Shown in pieces: positions 10,169 through 20,492 of a DNA stretch of 64,000 nt. The translations under genes and the position numbers were made by a program. The DNA comes from a virus (Duplodnaviria > Caudoviricetes). Each line of letters begins with the position of its first letter. Position 1 is the first letter of the stretch. The notes beneath the pieces were generated by a model. It searched no databases and was not told where the DNA came from. It was given only the letters and a program-made list of their open reading frames with translations. The stretch lies in IMG/VR virus record IMGVR_UViG_3300021124_000001. One strand, given 5' to 3'.

Positions 10169-10696
10169 ATGAGTGCTTTAAACAGAACTCCAGTAAATAC
10201 CAATTTACTACAACCGTCAAAGTTTATATTGGCCTTCAATAGGCTTCCAACGGTTCAGTATTTTTGTCAAGAGGCGAACCTTCCTGGTGCTTCTTTGGGC
10301 TTTGCTGAGTTCAATACTCCTTTAGTTGATGTTCCTGTTGTGGGAAACAAACTAAACTACAATGAGTTTACCGTTCGTTTTATGATAGATGAACAAATTG
10401 CTTCTTGGAATGAACTGTATAAATGGATGTTGGCGATTGCTTCACCAAAAAACTTAGAAGATAGAGCATATTATAATCAACTGCAAAACCAGAATACAGC
10501 TAAACCTAGTCTTTATTCTGATGCAAACTTGACGGTTATGAGCGCCCTAAATAATCCATTAGTTAGAGTAAACTTCTTTAGAATGTTTCCTGTACAGTTG
10601 ACAGACATTGATTTTGATACACAGCAGTCTTCGGACACCATTCTAACAGCAACAGCAACATTTAGGTACGAATATTTCGAAATAGTACCTGCTTAA
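10169..10696 (+). CDS. gp3: Tail completion / tube terminator protein
   Basis: N.L.P..F.....P.V.YFCQ.ANLPG, F.IDE....W.E...W, FPV.L....FD; position between gp23 and uvsY. Confidence 0.85.
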   Translation: MSALNRTPVNTNLLQPSKFILAFNRLPTVQYFCQEANLPGASLGFAEFNTPLVDVPVVGNKLNYNEFTVRFMIDEQIASWNELYKWMLAIASPKNLEDRAYYNQLQNQNTAKPSLYSDANLTVMSALNNPLVRVNFFRMFPVQLTDIDFDTQQSSDTILTATATFRYEYFEIVPA

Positions 10697-10712
10697 TTTT
10701 TGTGAGTACATT

Positions 10713-11147
10713 ATGAATAAACTTGAAGACATCTTAAAAGCATGGGAAACTGACGCTGATATTGACCAGACAGAACCTGGCAAAGAGCTTTTAAAAATCC
10801 CCAAACTACACGGTAAGTACCTTGATTCTTTAATTAAGCACAAGATGGCAGCCAAAAAAGCCAACTTTGATTACTTACGTATGCGTAAACTAAAATGGGA
10901 ATACTATACAGGCAAGTTATCACAGGAAGAACTCAAAGAACTTGGCTGGGAACCATTCCAGTTTACACTCAAGTCTGACGTTTCTTTTTACCTGGAATCA
11001 GATAACGATCTTATCAAATTACTCGAAAAGAAGATTTACCATGAAGAAGTGGTATCTGTTATCGAGTCCATCATGTCAGAAGTCAAGCAACGTGCATGGG
11101 AACTAAAATCATTTATTGACTGGGAGAGATTCATTGGAGGACAGTAA
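10713..11147 (+). CDS. uvsY: Recombination mediator UvsY
   Basis: IPKLH.KY, K.EYYTGK, PF...LKSD...YL.SD, IDW.RF; upstream of uvsW. Confidence 0.88.
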   Translation: MNKLEDILKAWETDADIDQTEPGKELLKIPKLHGKYLDSLIKHKMAAKKANFDYLRMRKLKWEYYTGKLSQEELKELGWEPFQFTLKSDVSFYLESDNDLIKLLEKKIYHEEVVSVIESIMSEVKQRAWELKSFIDWERFIGGQ

Positions 11148-12645
11148 AGAACATTTGGTGGCCAGAAAGATAAATGAGGTCTACCTAAAAATCGAATGTG
11201 AGCGCCATCTAGCACAAGAGTTGTCGGAGTTTTTCACATTCTTTGTTCCTGGACATCAATTTGTTCCAGCATTCCGTAATAAAATATGGGATGGTAAGAT
11301 TCGCCTATTTGATTTGAGGACATATCAACTGTATGCCGGTTTGATAGATTACCTCAAAGAGTTTTGTGAATCAAGAGATTATGCTTATTCGTTTGAAGGT
11401 GATGGTATAGAAACTCAAGACGAGTTCTCAATGTATCATGCAAAGAAGTTTGTTTCTAGTTTGAATCTACATTCTGCTGGTAAACCAATCGAGGCCAGAG
11501 AACATCAGTTAGATGCATTCGTCCATGCAATGCAGAATCGTAGAGCATTACTACTTTCACCTACCGCATCAGGTAAATCTCTTATCATCTACTTGTTGTT
11601 CATGCAATTACACAAGTTTCAGAATCTTAGAGGCCTAATCATTGTGCCCACAACATCATTGGTTGAACAACTATATTCGGATTTTGCAGATTATTCCGAT
11701 GGAAATGGTTTTGATGTTGCAAACAATGTACACAGAATTTATCAAGGTAAAGATAAAAACACTACAAAAGTATTAACTATTTCCACATGGCAGTCTCTTT
11801 ATCAATTACCTGAAAACTATTTCAAGCAATTCGATTACATTATAGGTGATGAAGCACACCTATTCAAAGCACAATCGTTAACCGGCATCATGACTGCGGC
11901 CACAAATACGAAATATCGAATAGGACTCACTGGAACGCTCGATGGCACCAAGACACACAAGTTAGTACTAGAAGGGCTTTTTGGTGCAACCAAGCGTGTT
12001 GTATCTACGAAAGAACTAATAGATAAGAAGCAACTGTCGAGCTTTCAAATTAAATGCTTGATTTTAAAACATCCAGATGAAAAATGCGAAGAATCTAAAG
12101 ACTTTACCTATCAAGAAGAAATACAATACTTAATTGCGTGTGAGGCTAGAAACAAGTTTATTAAAAATCTTGCAGTTAGTTTAGGTAATAATACATTAAT
12201 ACTTTACCAAATGGTTGCCAAGCATGGACAGGTCCTGTACGATCTGATTCGGAATACCGAAAATATCGGTGACCGAAAAGTGTTTTTTGTCCATGGTGGG
12301 ACAGAAACAGAAGATAGAGAAAACATTCGAAAGATTATGGAGACTGAGAATAATGCTATTGTTGTGGCCAGTTATGGTACTTTTTCTACTGGAATTAACA
12401 TTAGGAATTTACATAATATTATCTTCGCATCTCCGTCAAAGTCAAGAGTTCGCAGTCTTCAATCTATTGGACGAGGCTTACGACAGGCGGAAGGTAAAGA
12501 AATGGCAACACTCTATGACATCGCAGACGATCTCAGAGTAAAGAAACATATGAATTTTACATTAAGACACTTCGTGGAACGAGTGAAGATATATACGGAA
12601 GAGAAGTTTCCTTTTAAAACGTATAAGATTGGACTTAAAAAATGA
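11116..12645 (+). CDS. uvsW: RNA-DNA/DNA helicase UvsW (start possibly TTG 11134)
   Basis: WDGKIRLF, SPTASGKS, PTTSLVEQ, GDEAH, GLTGTL, STGINI..LH, LQSIGRGLR. Confidence 0.95.
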   Translation: MTGRDSLEDSKEHLVARKINEVYLKIECERHLAQELSEFFTFFVPGHQFVPAFRNKIWDGKIRLFDLRTYQLYAGLIDYLKEFCESRDYAYSFEGDGIETQDEFSMYHAKKFVSSLNLHSAGKPIEAREHQLDAFVHAMQNRRALLLSPTASGKSLIIYLLFMQLHKFQNLRGLIIVPTTSLVEQLYSDFADYSDGNGFDVANNVHRIYQGKDKNTTKVLTISTWQSLYQLPENYFKQFDYIIGDEAHLFKAQSLTGIMTAATNTKYRIGLTGTLDGTKTHKLVLEGLFGATKRVVSTKELIDKKQLSSFQIKCLILKHPDEKCEESKDFTYQEEIQYLIACEARNKFIKNLAVSLGNNTLILYQMVAKHGQVLYDLIRNTENIGDRKVFFVHGGTETEDRENIRKIMETENNAIVVASYGTFSTGINIRNLHNIIFASPSKSRVRSLQSIGRGLRQAEGKEMATLYDIADDLRVKKHMNFTLRHFVERVKIYTEEKFPFKTYKIGLKK

Positions 12646-13034
12646 ACAACATTAAAATCCTACGTCTACAAAATGAATCGGACATTATTTGTTCATTAGA
12701 GGAAATTCGGAACGGAGAGTATGTTGTTAGCGATCCAATGTATTTTGAAATACAAAACAAAGGCGCTATCACACATATCATCATGGACTTCTATTTGCCA
12801 GTACAACTACTTGAGAAGAATGAAGTGGTGCTTACTGAAAAAGACATTGTGTTTAAGATAAACCCTAGCGAGGACTTCAAAGAGTATTACATGAACTCTG
12901 TAGAAAACCTCAAGAGAATGAAGCCTGAAGGAGAGTTTGAAGAAGAAACACAGGCGGAGTTAACTTCTAGAATCAAAGAGATGGTAATCCAAGCCTTTAT
13001 GGACATGGAACCAGAAGAAAAGGTATTTCATTAA
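12642..13034 (+). CDS. Hypothetical protein (possible Sm-like fold) between uvsW and gp55
   Basis: IKILRL.N..DII N-terminus; coupled to uvsW. Confidence 0.6.
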   Translation: MNNIKILRLQNESDIICSLEEIRNGEYVVSDPMYFEIQNKGAITHIIMDFYLPVQLLEKNEVVLTEKDIVFKINPSEDFKEYYMNSVENLKRMKPEGEFEEETQAELTSRIKEMVIQAFMDMEPEEKVFH

Positions 13035-13106
13035 TCTTTAAGCATTGACACCGCCGAATGTAACACTGTCAAGCCCTTTTGTCAACAATTATTATGGTAA
13101 ACATGC

Positions 13107-13634
13107 ATGAGTACAAAACATTATATTAACAATGCCGATTTTTTAAAGGCATTAATCGAATACAAGAAACGCAAAGAGACTAATCCACAAGAACCAATCC
13201 CTGATTATATCGGGGCTTGCTGGATGAAAATTGCTGAAGGTTTATCACACAAACCAAACTTCATAAATTATCCACATAGAGAAGATATGATTGGTGATGG
13301 TATTGAAAACTGCCTAATGTATTTCGAGAACTTTGATCCAACCAAGTCTAACAATCCTTTTGCATACTTCACACAGATCGTTTACTACGCATTCCTAAGA
13401 AGAATCCAGAAAGAAAAGAAACAACTCTACGTCAAGTATAAGGCCACAGAACAGATGGGTATCCTTGACGAACATGAGTTCTTGGAGATGGAAGGCGGAG
13501 GCTCAAGACAGTTCGAATTGTATGACAACATTTCCGATTTTATCCAAACATATGAAGTTGGACAAAAGAAAAAGAAAGATGACAAGAAGTCTACCAAAAA
13601 GCCTAAAGGAATTGAAGTTTTTCTGGAAGAATAA
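13107..13634 (+). CDS. gp55: Late-transcription sigma factor
   Basis: HYINN..F, IAEGLSHKPNFINY..REDMI.DGIENC, FDP.KS.NPFAYFTQI.YYAFLRRI.KEK. Confidence 0.95.
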   Translation: MSTKHYINNADFLKALIEYKKRKETNPQEPIPDYIGACWMKIAEGLSHKPNFINYPHREDMIGDGIENCLMYFENFDPTKSNNPFAYFTQIVYYAFLRRIQKEKKQLYVKYKATEQMGILDEHEFLEMEGGGSRQFELYDNISDFIQTYEVGQKKKKDDKKSTKKPKGIEVFLEE

Positions 13635-13645
13635 GCATTGACAAA

Positions 13646-14053
13646 ATGGCCTTATTAGATTATAATACTACAAACCTGGAACAAGTTTCAAGGATTATCA
13701 TACAAAATTTAACTTACGACTTACTTCCTAAAAAATGGGTGGTTAGAAACATGTCAAATCCAATGTTTGGACATTGCCATAATTCTGCCGGTTGTTTGTA
13801 TAAAATCTTTGGGCATACTGCAATGCATATGTACCGAGGTTTGGATGATGAAGGTATTTGGCATTGGTGGTGCTTAGACAAAGACAATATACTAATTGAC
13901 CTAACGGCATCTCAATATACAAATTTTAACAGGACTCCTCCATATGCAGAGGGCCAAAAAGCTGGCATGTTGGGGTTTGAATACCGCAAAAGAGTTTTGC
14001 GTTTATGTGATAGGGTGATGAATGAACTTGAAGGTAGAGAAAGTCTTTTCTAG
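13646..14053 (+). CDS. Hypothetical protein with transglutaminase/YunG-like Cys-His-Asp pattern
   Basis: NPMFGHC ... HWW ... IDLTASQY. Confidence 0.5.
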   Translation: MALLDYNTTNLEQVSRIIIQNLTYDLLPKKWVVRNMSNPMFGHCHNSAGCLYKIFGHTAMHMYRGLDDEGIWHWWCLDKDNILIDLTASQYTNFNRTPPYAEGQKAGMLGFEYRKRVLRLCDRVMNELEGRESLF

Positions 14054-14088
14054 CACCAAACTATGATAAATATGTCCAGGAGGGAATA

Positions 14089-14583
14089 ATGCAAGACATA
14101 TTTGATAGTTTACGTAACATGGAATGGGATTTAGATAAAATAAAATCACAATCCACACACCAAACTAATTTTGTCACATACGGCAAAAATAATCCCATGT
14201 ATGGCTTAAAGGGTGATAACCATCCTTCATCCGAGTGGCATAAAAATTCAGCGACAAAAGAGTATTACAACAACAAACGCATTCGGACTTTGGAGAGTTG
14301 GATGAACGATACCGATAGAAGAAAACAACATTCCGAAAAAATGAAAGAACGTTGGGTTAATGGAAAATTGTCTGCTGAAATTTCTAGAAAAAATGGCCAA
14401 CACGGAATGGTTGGCAAAGATGTACATAACACACTTGAAATTGAATACAAGGGTGTGTTATACTATGGTTGGAGAGAGTTACTTGAAAACACAAATGTTT
14501 CAAAGCATTTGTATAAAAAGTATTACTTAAACGGAATAGATCCTGAACCTAGAATAGGTGCAGATGGTCCTAAAGCCAAATAA
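14089..14583 (+). CDS. NUMOD3-like DNA-binding protein, probable homing endonuclease derivative
   Basis: GKNNPMYG and RRKQHSEKMK..W motifs; own late promoter GATAAATA; no clear catalytic motif. Confidence 0.5.
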   Translation: MQDIFDSLRNMEWDLDKIKSQSTHQTNFVTYGKNNPMYGLKGDNHPSSEWHKNSATKEYYNNKRIRTLESWMNDTDRRKQHSEKMKERWVNGKLSAEISRKNGQHGMVGKDVHNTLEIEYKGVLYYGWRELLENTNVSKHLYKKYYLNGIDPEPRIGADGPKAK

Positions 14584-14614
14584 TATATTGTTTTTTTTGA
14601 GAGGAGGTGTCAGT

Positions 14615-15686
14615 ATGAGAGTCGCAATTATAACTGACCAGCATTTTCGGCGCACGTAATGATTCGGTCCATTTTCTGGATTATTATGAAAAGTTTTATA
14701 AAGATACTTTTTTTCCTGCTCTTGATGCTAATGGGATACGCACTGTACTCATTCTCGGAGATACTTTTGACCGTAGAAAATACGTCAACTTTTACACACT
14801 GAAACGTGCCAAAGAAATGTTCTTTGATCCTCTATTTTACAGAGGAATTGATGTACACTTGTTGGCTGGTAACCACGACACATATTACAAGAATACCAAT
14901 GAAGTGAATTCTGTAGACTTATTGTTGCGTGAATACGGCAACATCAATGTGATTGACGAGCCTACAACCATCTACGTTGGACCAACACCAATCTGTATGA
15001 TGCCCTGGATATGTCCAGAAAATTATGAAGATTCCATGGAAACTTTGAAAGAAACAACAGCAGATATTTGCATGGGACATTTTGAAATCGCTGGCTTTGC
15101 CATGCATCGTGGTATGCCATCTGAAGAAGGACTAAATCGTGAACTTTTCAACCGTTTTCACTGCACTTTCAGCGGTCATTATCACCATCGTTCTAGCAAT
15201 GGTGGCATTTTCTATCTTGGAAACCCTTACGAACTTACGTGGCAAGATTATGCTGATGTCCGGGGCTTTCATTTGTTTGATGTGGATTCCCGTCAGTTGG
15301 ATTTTATTCCAAATCCTAACGTCATGTTTCACCGGATAATGTATGATGACAAACATCAAGACATAAAAGAAATTTTAAACAAAGACCTAAGTGCATGTGC
15401 TGGTGTTTATGTCAAAGTTGTGGTGATTGAGAAAACAAATCCATTTTTGTTTGACCAGTTTATGAACAAGATATATGCCTTAAATCCACTCGATATTACC
15501 ATTGTGGAAGATGCAATTGACTTGACAGATGGCCTAGAAGATGATAAGATTGATGAAGCAGAAGACACCATTACTATTATTAATAAGTATGTGGATGGAC
15601 TTCAAAACGATGGCATTGATAATAACAAACTCAAGACTATGATGCGTGAACTATATGTTGAGGCATTGAATTTAGAACAGGCATGA
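14615..15686 (+). CDS. gp47: Mre11/SbcD-like recombination nuclease, interrupted by a +1 frameshift at 14645-14648
   Basis: Strong RBS GAGGAGGTG; MRVAIITDQHF in one frame continues as (F)GARND...GDTFDRR...GNHD...GHFE...SGHYH in the +1 frame. Confidence 0.9.
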
Positions 15687-17398
15687 TTAATTTTCAAACG
15701 ATACGATGGAAAAACTTATTGTCCACTGGCAATACGTTTACTGAAATCCGACTTGACAAATCTCCCAATACTCTGATTATTGGTAACAACGGTGCAGGCA
15801 AGAGTACAATTCTTGATGCATTGTGCTTTGCTTTGTTCGGCAAACCATTCCGTAAAATTAATAAACCAAACCTTGTAAACTCAATTAACAATGGAGATAC
15901 TGTAGTACAAGTTGAGTTTAAAATTGGCAAGAAGCAATACAAGGTTGTTCGAGGTATCAAACCAAATATTTTGGAGATTTACCTGAATGGTTCTCTGTTG
16001 AATCAAGATGCTAAAGCAAAAGATTACCAAGAATACTTAGAGAAGTCGATTCTTAAATTCAACTTTAAGTCTTTCACACAGATTGTTATCCTTGGATCAG
16101 CATCTTTTGTTCCATTCATGCAACTATCTGCGGCCGACCGTAGAGCATTGATTGAAGAACTATTGGACATTCAAATCTTTACTTCCATGAATGGTCTAAT
16201 CAAGGACAGAATGGCGGCCATCAAAGATTCTTCTACACAAAACAAGTATGATATGCAGTTGGTATCTGAAAAGATTCAAATGCAAAAACAAAACATTGAA
16301 GAACATAAGCAAGGTAATCTGCTGGCCATTGAACGCAAAACGGAAGAAATCAAAACGAATGAAGAACATGTCAAGAGATTGAATAAAGATATTGTTTTAA
16401 TCCAAAAACACATCGATGCACTTCAAAAGAAAATTGATGATAAGTCCACTGTTGAGGGTAAAAGTAAGAAGTTACTTCAATTAGAAGCAAAAGTGGAATC
16501 TACAATTACCAAGATTGAGAAAGACATTGCTTTTTACCACAACAACGATAATTGTCCAACATGTAAACAACATATTGCCGCAGACTTCAAGAAAGAACAG
16601 ATTGAAGAAAATGTGGCAAAGGTGTTGACGAAGAAATTGGGGCTAGAAGAACTGAATACAGAGTATACAAAACTCCAAACTCGTTTGACAGAAATCCTAA
16701 ACGTTTCTAAACACATAACAGAACACAATAACGAGATCGTCAAACACAATTCAACGATCACAGCAGTTAACACATACATCACAAAACTTAACAAAGAGAT
16801 TAAGGAGTTAAGTGAACACAAAGACAATTTAACAGAAGAAAATCAAAAGATGAAGTCCTTGAAAAAGGATTTGGCTGACTTGGTGGCAACACAAGAACAA
16901 TTGTCTATAGATAAACACTATCATGAATATGCGGCCTCGCTACTCAAAGATAATGGTATCAAGACAAAGATTATCAAACAATATCTACCAATTATCAACA
17001 AACTTGTCAACAAGTACTTGAAGGCAATGGACTTCTTTGTTAACTTTAATCTGAATGAAAACTTTGAGGAAACAATTAAATCTCGTCACCGTGATGAGTT
17101 TTCTTATTCCAATTTTTCAGAAGGTGAAAAGATGCGTATCGATTTGGCATTACTGTTTACGTGGCGCCAAATTGCTAAAATGAAAAATTCAACTAATACA
17201 AACCTACTTATTCTCGATGAGGTTTTTGATTCGAGCCTAGATAGTGTTGGTACTGATGAATTTTTAAAACTGATACATGAGATGGGAACAGAAACGAACA
17301 TCTTTGTTATCAGTCACAAGGGTGACCAACTTTTTGATAAGTTCCGGTCTATAATTCGTTTTGAGAAAAAGAATAACTTTTCACAGGTGAAAATATGA
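15683..17398 (+). CDS. gp46: Rad50/SbcC-like recombination ATPase
   Basis: GNNGAGKST Walker A, CPTC zinc hook, FSEGEKMRIDLA signature, LDEVFD, ISH. Confidence 0.96.
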   Translation: MINFQTIRWKNLLSTGNTFTEIRLDKSPNTLIIGNNGAGKSTILDALCFALFGKPFRKINKPNLVNSINNGDTVVQVEFKIGKKQYKVVRGIKPNILEIYLNGSLLNQDAKAKDYQEYLEKSILKFNFKSFTQIVILGSASFVPFMQLSAADRRALIEELLDIQIFTSMNGLIKDRMAAIKDSSTQNKYDMQLVSEKIQMQKQNIEEHKQGNLLAIERKTEEIKTNEEHVKRLNKDIVLIQKHIDALQKKIDDKSTVEGKSKKLLQLEAKVESTITKIEKDIAFYHNNDNCPTCKQHIAADFKKEQIEENVAKVLTKKLGLEELNTEYTKLQTRLTEILNVSKHITEHNNEIVKHNSTITAVNTYITKLNKEIKELSEHKDNLTEENQKMKSLKKDLADLVATQEQLSIDKHYHEYAASLLKDNGIKTKIIKQYLPIINKLVNKYLKAMDFFVNFNLNENFEETIKSRHRDEFSYSNFSEGEKMRIDLALLFTWRQIAKMKNSTNTNLLILDEVFDSSLDSVGTDEFLKLIHEMGTETNIFVISHKGDQLFDKFRSIIRFEKKNNFSQVKI

Positions 17399-18021
17399 GT
17401 GATGTTTTTAAGATTAATACGGAAGAAATTGCTTCTGGTGTACAACAACCAACAATCGAAACATTCGATTTAGTTGCAGACAGTGATCCAATCCTACGTG
17501 AGGTGATGCCAGAGTTTGACTTTGAAAATGCAATTGTGAACCCTACAGATTTTGCATCTTCTTTGGTTGAAACTTGCAAGAAGAACCAAGGCATCGGTTT
17601 GTCTGCCAATCAATGTGGATTCCGACATCGTGTGTTTGTAATGGGTGCTGGTGATGAATATGTGGCCCACTTTAATCCTAAGATTGTAGAAACCGAAGGT
17701 GAAGCACACATGCTTGAAGGATGTCTATCGTTTCCTTTACTAGGACTACGTATTACTCGTCCAGCAACCATTACTGTGGAATATCAAGACCACAATGGAG
17801 AAAAGCATACCACAAAGTATGCCGGTATTTCTGCACGTTGTTTCCTCCATGAGCTTGACCACATGAATGGAATAGTGTATACTGACCGTGTGAAGCCGTT
17901 GGCATTGAAATCTGGTGTGAACAAACGCAACAAGGTTATCAAGAGAATGGCACAATACCAATCACTATTGATGAAGCAAGCTAAACAACAACATGGCAAA
18001 AACACCACCAGAACTCGTTGA
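17395..18021 (+). CDS. def: Peptide deformylase
   Basis: GIGLSANQ, EGCLS, HELDH motifs. Confidence 0.93.
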   Translation: MSDVFKINTEEIASGVQQPTIETFDLVADSDPILREVMPEFDFENAIVNPTDFASSLVETCKKNQGIGLSANQCGFRHRVFVMGAGDEYVAHFNPKIVETEGEAHMLEGCLSFPLLGLRITRPATITVEYQDHNGEKHTTKYAGISARCFLHELDHMNGIVYTDRVKPLALKSGVNKRNKVIKRMAQYQSLLMKQAKQQHGKNTTRTR

Positions 18022-19255
18022 AAAACAATGGTTGGAATGGAAAGAAAACAATACTTCCATTCCACACATTGATGAAGATACACTCAAAAAAAATCTAATA
18101 TCCGATTTGACGTATGCGTCACAAATGGATGTTAAAGAGTATACATTGTACCAAAAATGGTGTGAAGTAAAAGAGCGTTATCCTGTAGATGAAGTTTCTA
18201 CACTTTGGGGTCCTGAACTCCAAATGGTCAACAAAGATCAAGAAAACATTATCAAAGAAGTTAAGAAAAACTTTTGGATGCCTACTGGTCCAGATGATTA
18301 TGATAAACTTCAACCAATGCTAGAACTATCTAACGGTGAACTAGCAGAAACCTGGAATGCAGTTCGCACTTTCTCATCCACAATGAAGAACAATTCCAAC
18401 ATTGGTCGTAACCTGTTTTATACAGTCAAAGATCGTGTTACAGGAAAGTATCTTGGTGTTATCTGTATCTCTTCCGACTTCTTAGACTTGACTCCTCGTG
18501 ATACGGCCATTGGCTGGTCACGAGATGTTAAGACACAACAAGGTATGATTAACCATACAGCAATTGGTTCTACTATTGTTCCTTTACAGCCTCTTGGTTA
18601 CAGCTACATGGGTGGTAAATTGCTTGCACTTCTGTGCCTTGCAGATACTGTCCAAAAAGATTGGAAAGAACGTTATGGAGACACTCTTGTTGGCGTTACT
18701 ACAACGTCACTCTACGGAAAGACCAAAGCCGGTGGGCTTTCTCAATACGATGGTTTGGAACATTGGCAGAAGATGGGATTTTCTAGTGGGTCTGTTGCTT
18801 TTGAGCCTAAGCGCACAACTGCTAACATGGTCTACAAATGGATCAAAGAAAACCACACAAGAAAATACTTCGAATGGTGGGAAGCAAAGAACTCACAAGG
18901 ATTACCACTGAAACGTGACCACAAGAATCGTTCACTAAACTTTGCATATGGTAAGTTGAAGATTCCAAAAGAACTCATCCGTACAGAACACCAACGAGGC
19001 ATTTACTTTTCTCCGTTGTACAATAACACCAACGAATTTCTCCGTAAAGAAATCGGTGATGCGGATTTAGTAAAGAGTTTCGATACGTCCGAAGAAGCAT
19101 TGTCTAATATCTGGAAAACCAAATATGCTAAAGGTCGTATTCGTCAATTACAGAAACAAAATAAAGTCTCATATGAAAACCTATTCTATGATGACCTAAT
19201 CTATTTGACTTGGGAAGAAACCAAGGCAAAGTATCTACCCCAAGTTGGTAGATAA
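17993..19255 (+). CDS. DUF4338 / Druantia DruA-like protein
   Basis: IGR.L...V.D..TGKYLG, RD..IGW, VP..P.....GGKLLA.L, TTTSLYG, SQY. Confidence 0.65.
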   Translation: MAKTPPELVEKQWLEWKENNTSIPHIDEDTLKKNLISDLTYASQMDVKEYTLYQKWCEVKERYPVDEVSTLWGPELQMVNKDQENIIKEVKKNFWMPTGPDDYDKLQPMLELSNGELAETWNAVRTFSSTMKNNSNIGRNLFYTVKDRVTGKYLGVICISSDFLDLTPRDTAIGWSRDVKTQQGMINHTAIGSTIVPLQPLGYSYMGGKLLALLCLADTVQKDWKERYGDTLVGVTTTSLYGKTKAGGLSQYDGLEHWQKMGFSSGSVAFEPKRTTANMVYKWIKENHTRKYFEWWEAKNSQGLPLKRDHKNRSLNFAYGKLKIPKELIRTEHQRGIYFSPLYNNTNEFLRKEIGDADLVKSFDTSEEALSNIWKTKYAKGRIRQLQKQNKVSYENLFYDDLIYLTWEETKAKYLPQVGR

Positions 19256-19277
19256 ACCAAGTATACCACAAACATAC

Positions 19278-19306
19278 TTGACAAGTGACATACATAATAG
19301 TATGAT
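19278..19306 (+). promoter_or_regulatory. Sigma70-type promoter
   Basis: TTGACA-17 nt-TATGAT. Confidence 0.8.
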
Positions 19307-19353
19307 CGTGATTCTCGCACTGCGAGGTTTTTTAAATTATTAGGAGTTATATT

Positions 19354-19620
19354 ATGACAACTTTGTCCTCAAAACAACGCATCTTGAATGCACTCAAACA
19401 AACCAGTGGCTATAATACCTTTTCTGTAAAGGCAGCACAGAAACGTTTTGGTATCAAAAATGTTCCAGCTCGCATTGAAGAATTGCGTCAAGAAGGCCAT
19501 TGCATCTACACTAACAGCCGTAAAGTCAACGGCAAGAAAGTTAGTTTCTATCGTTTAGGTACTCCAACTAAAGCGATGGTAAAAACTGCTTTGCAAGCTG
19601 GTCACACACTTACCGCTTAA
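19354..19620 (+). CDS. Small winged-helix DNA-binding protein
   Basis: RFGIKNV.ARI.ELRQEG..I.T...YRLG.P pattern. Confidence 0.6.
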   Translation: MTTLSSKQRILNALKQTSGYNTFSVKAAQKRFGIKNVPARIEELRQEGHCIYTNSRKVNGKKVSFYRLGTPTKAMVKTALQAGHTLTA

Positions 19621-19694
19621 TTAACTTAACGTATTCCATTATTGACAATTCTACACGGTTTTGTCAATAATGGTTTACTTTTTCAGGAGTCCAC

Positions 19695-20492
19695 ATGGAA
19701 ATTTCAATCAAAACAGAAGAACTACGTAAGTATAGTATCTTTGTTGCCACGCCGATGTATGGTGGCATGAATCACGGTCTATACATGAAAGCATGTTTGG
19801 ACTTACAGGGTCTCTGTATGCAATACGGAATCCAAATTAAATTCTCATTCTTGTTTAATGAGTCACTGATTACTCGTGCTAGAAACTATCTTGTGGATGA
19901 GTTCTTGCACCGTTCAGAATGCACACACTTGTTGTTTATTGATTCTGACATCAACTTCAATCCACAAGATGTTATCGCAATGTTGGCTCTCGATAAAGAA
20001 GTTATCGGCGGTCCATATCCTAAGAAAGCTATCAAATGGCGTTCTGTTAAAAAAGCAATTGAAAAGAATCCTAGTCTCGATGCACAAACACTTGAAAAAG
20101 TTGCCGGCGACTTTGTATTCAATCCAGTTAAGGGCACATCACAATTCTCCGTGACTGAACCACTTGAAGTTTTGGAAATTGGTACAGGCTTTATGATGGT
20201 TAAACGTGAAGTTTTCCCTAAGTTTGAAGCCGCATATCCTCAGTTGAAGTACAAACCAGACCACGTTGGCCAAGCCAACTTTGATGGTACACGGTACATT
20301 CACGCCTATTTTGACACCACAATTGATCCAGAATCTGAGCGTTACTTGTCAGAAGATTATATGTTCTGTCAGTGGTGGCGTAAAATTGGTGGTCAAATTT
20401 ATCTCTGCCCATGGATGCGTACAGCACACATTGGAACCTATCACTTCCAAGGTGACATGCCAGCAGTTGCAAATTACGTTGGAGAAATGTAA
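19695..20492 (+). CDS. GT-A fold glycosyltransferase-like protein
   Basis: ATPMYGG, NESLITRARN, FIDSDI (DxD), GTGFM, YLSEDY.FC. Confidence 0.7.
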   Translation: MEISIKTEELRKYSIFVATPMYGGMNHGLYMKACLDLQGLCMQYGIQIKFSFLFNESLITRARNYLVDEFLHRSECTHLLFIDSDINFNPQDVIAMLALDKEVIGGPYPKKAIKWRSVKKAIEKNPSLDAQTLEKVAGDFVFNPVKGTSQFSVTEPLEVLEIGTGFMMVKREVFPKFEAAYPQLKYKPDHVGQANFDGTRYIHAYFDTTIDPESERYLSEDYMFCQWWRKIGGQIYLCPWMRTAHIGTYHFQGDMPAVANYVGEM

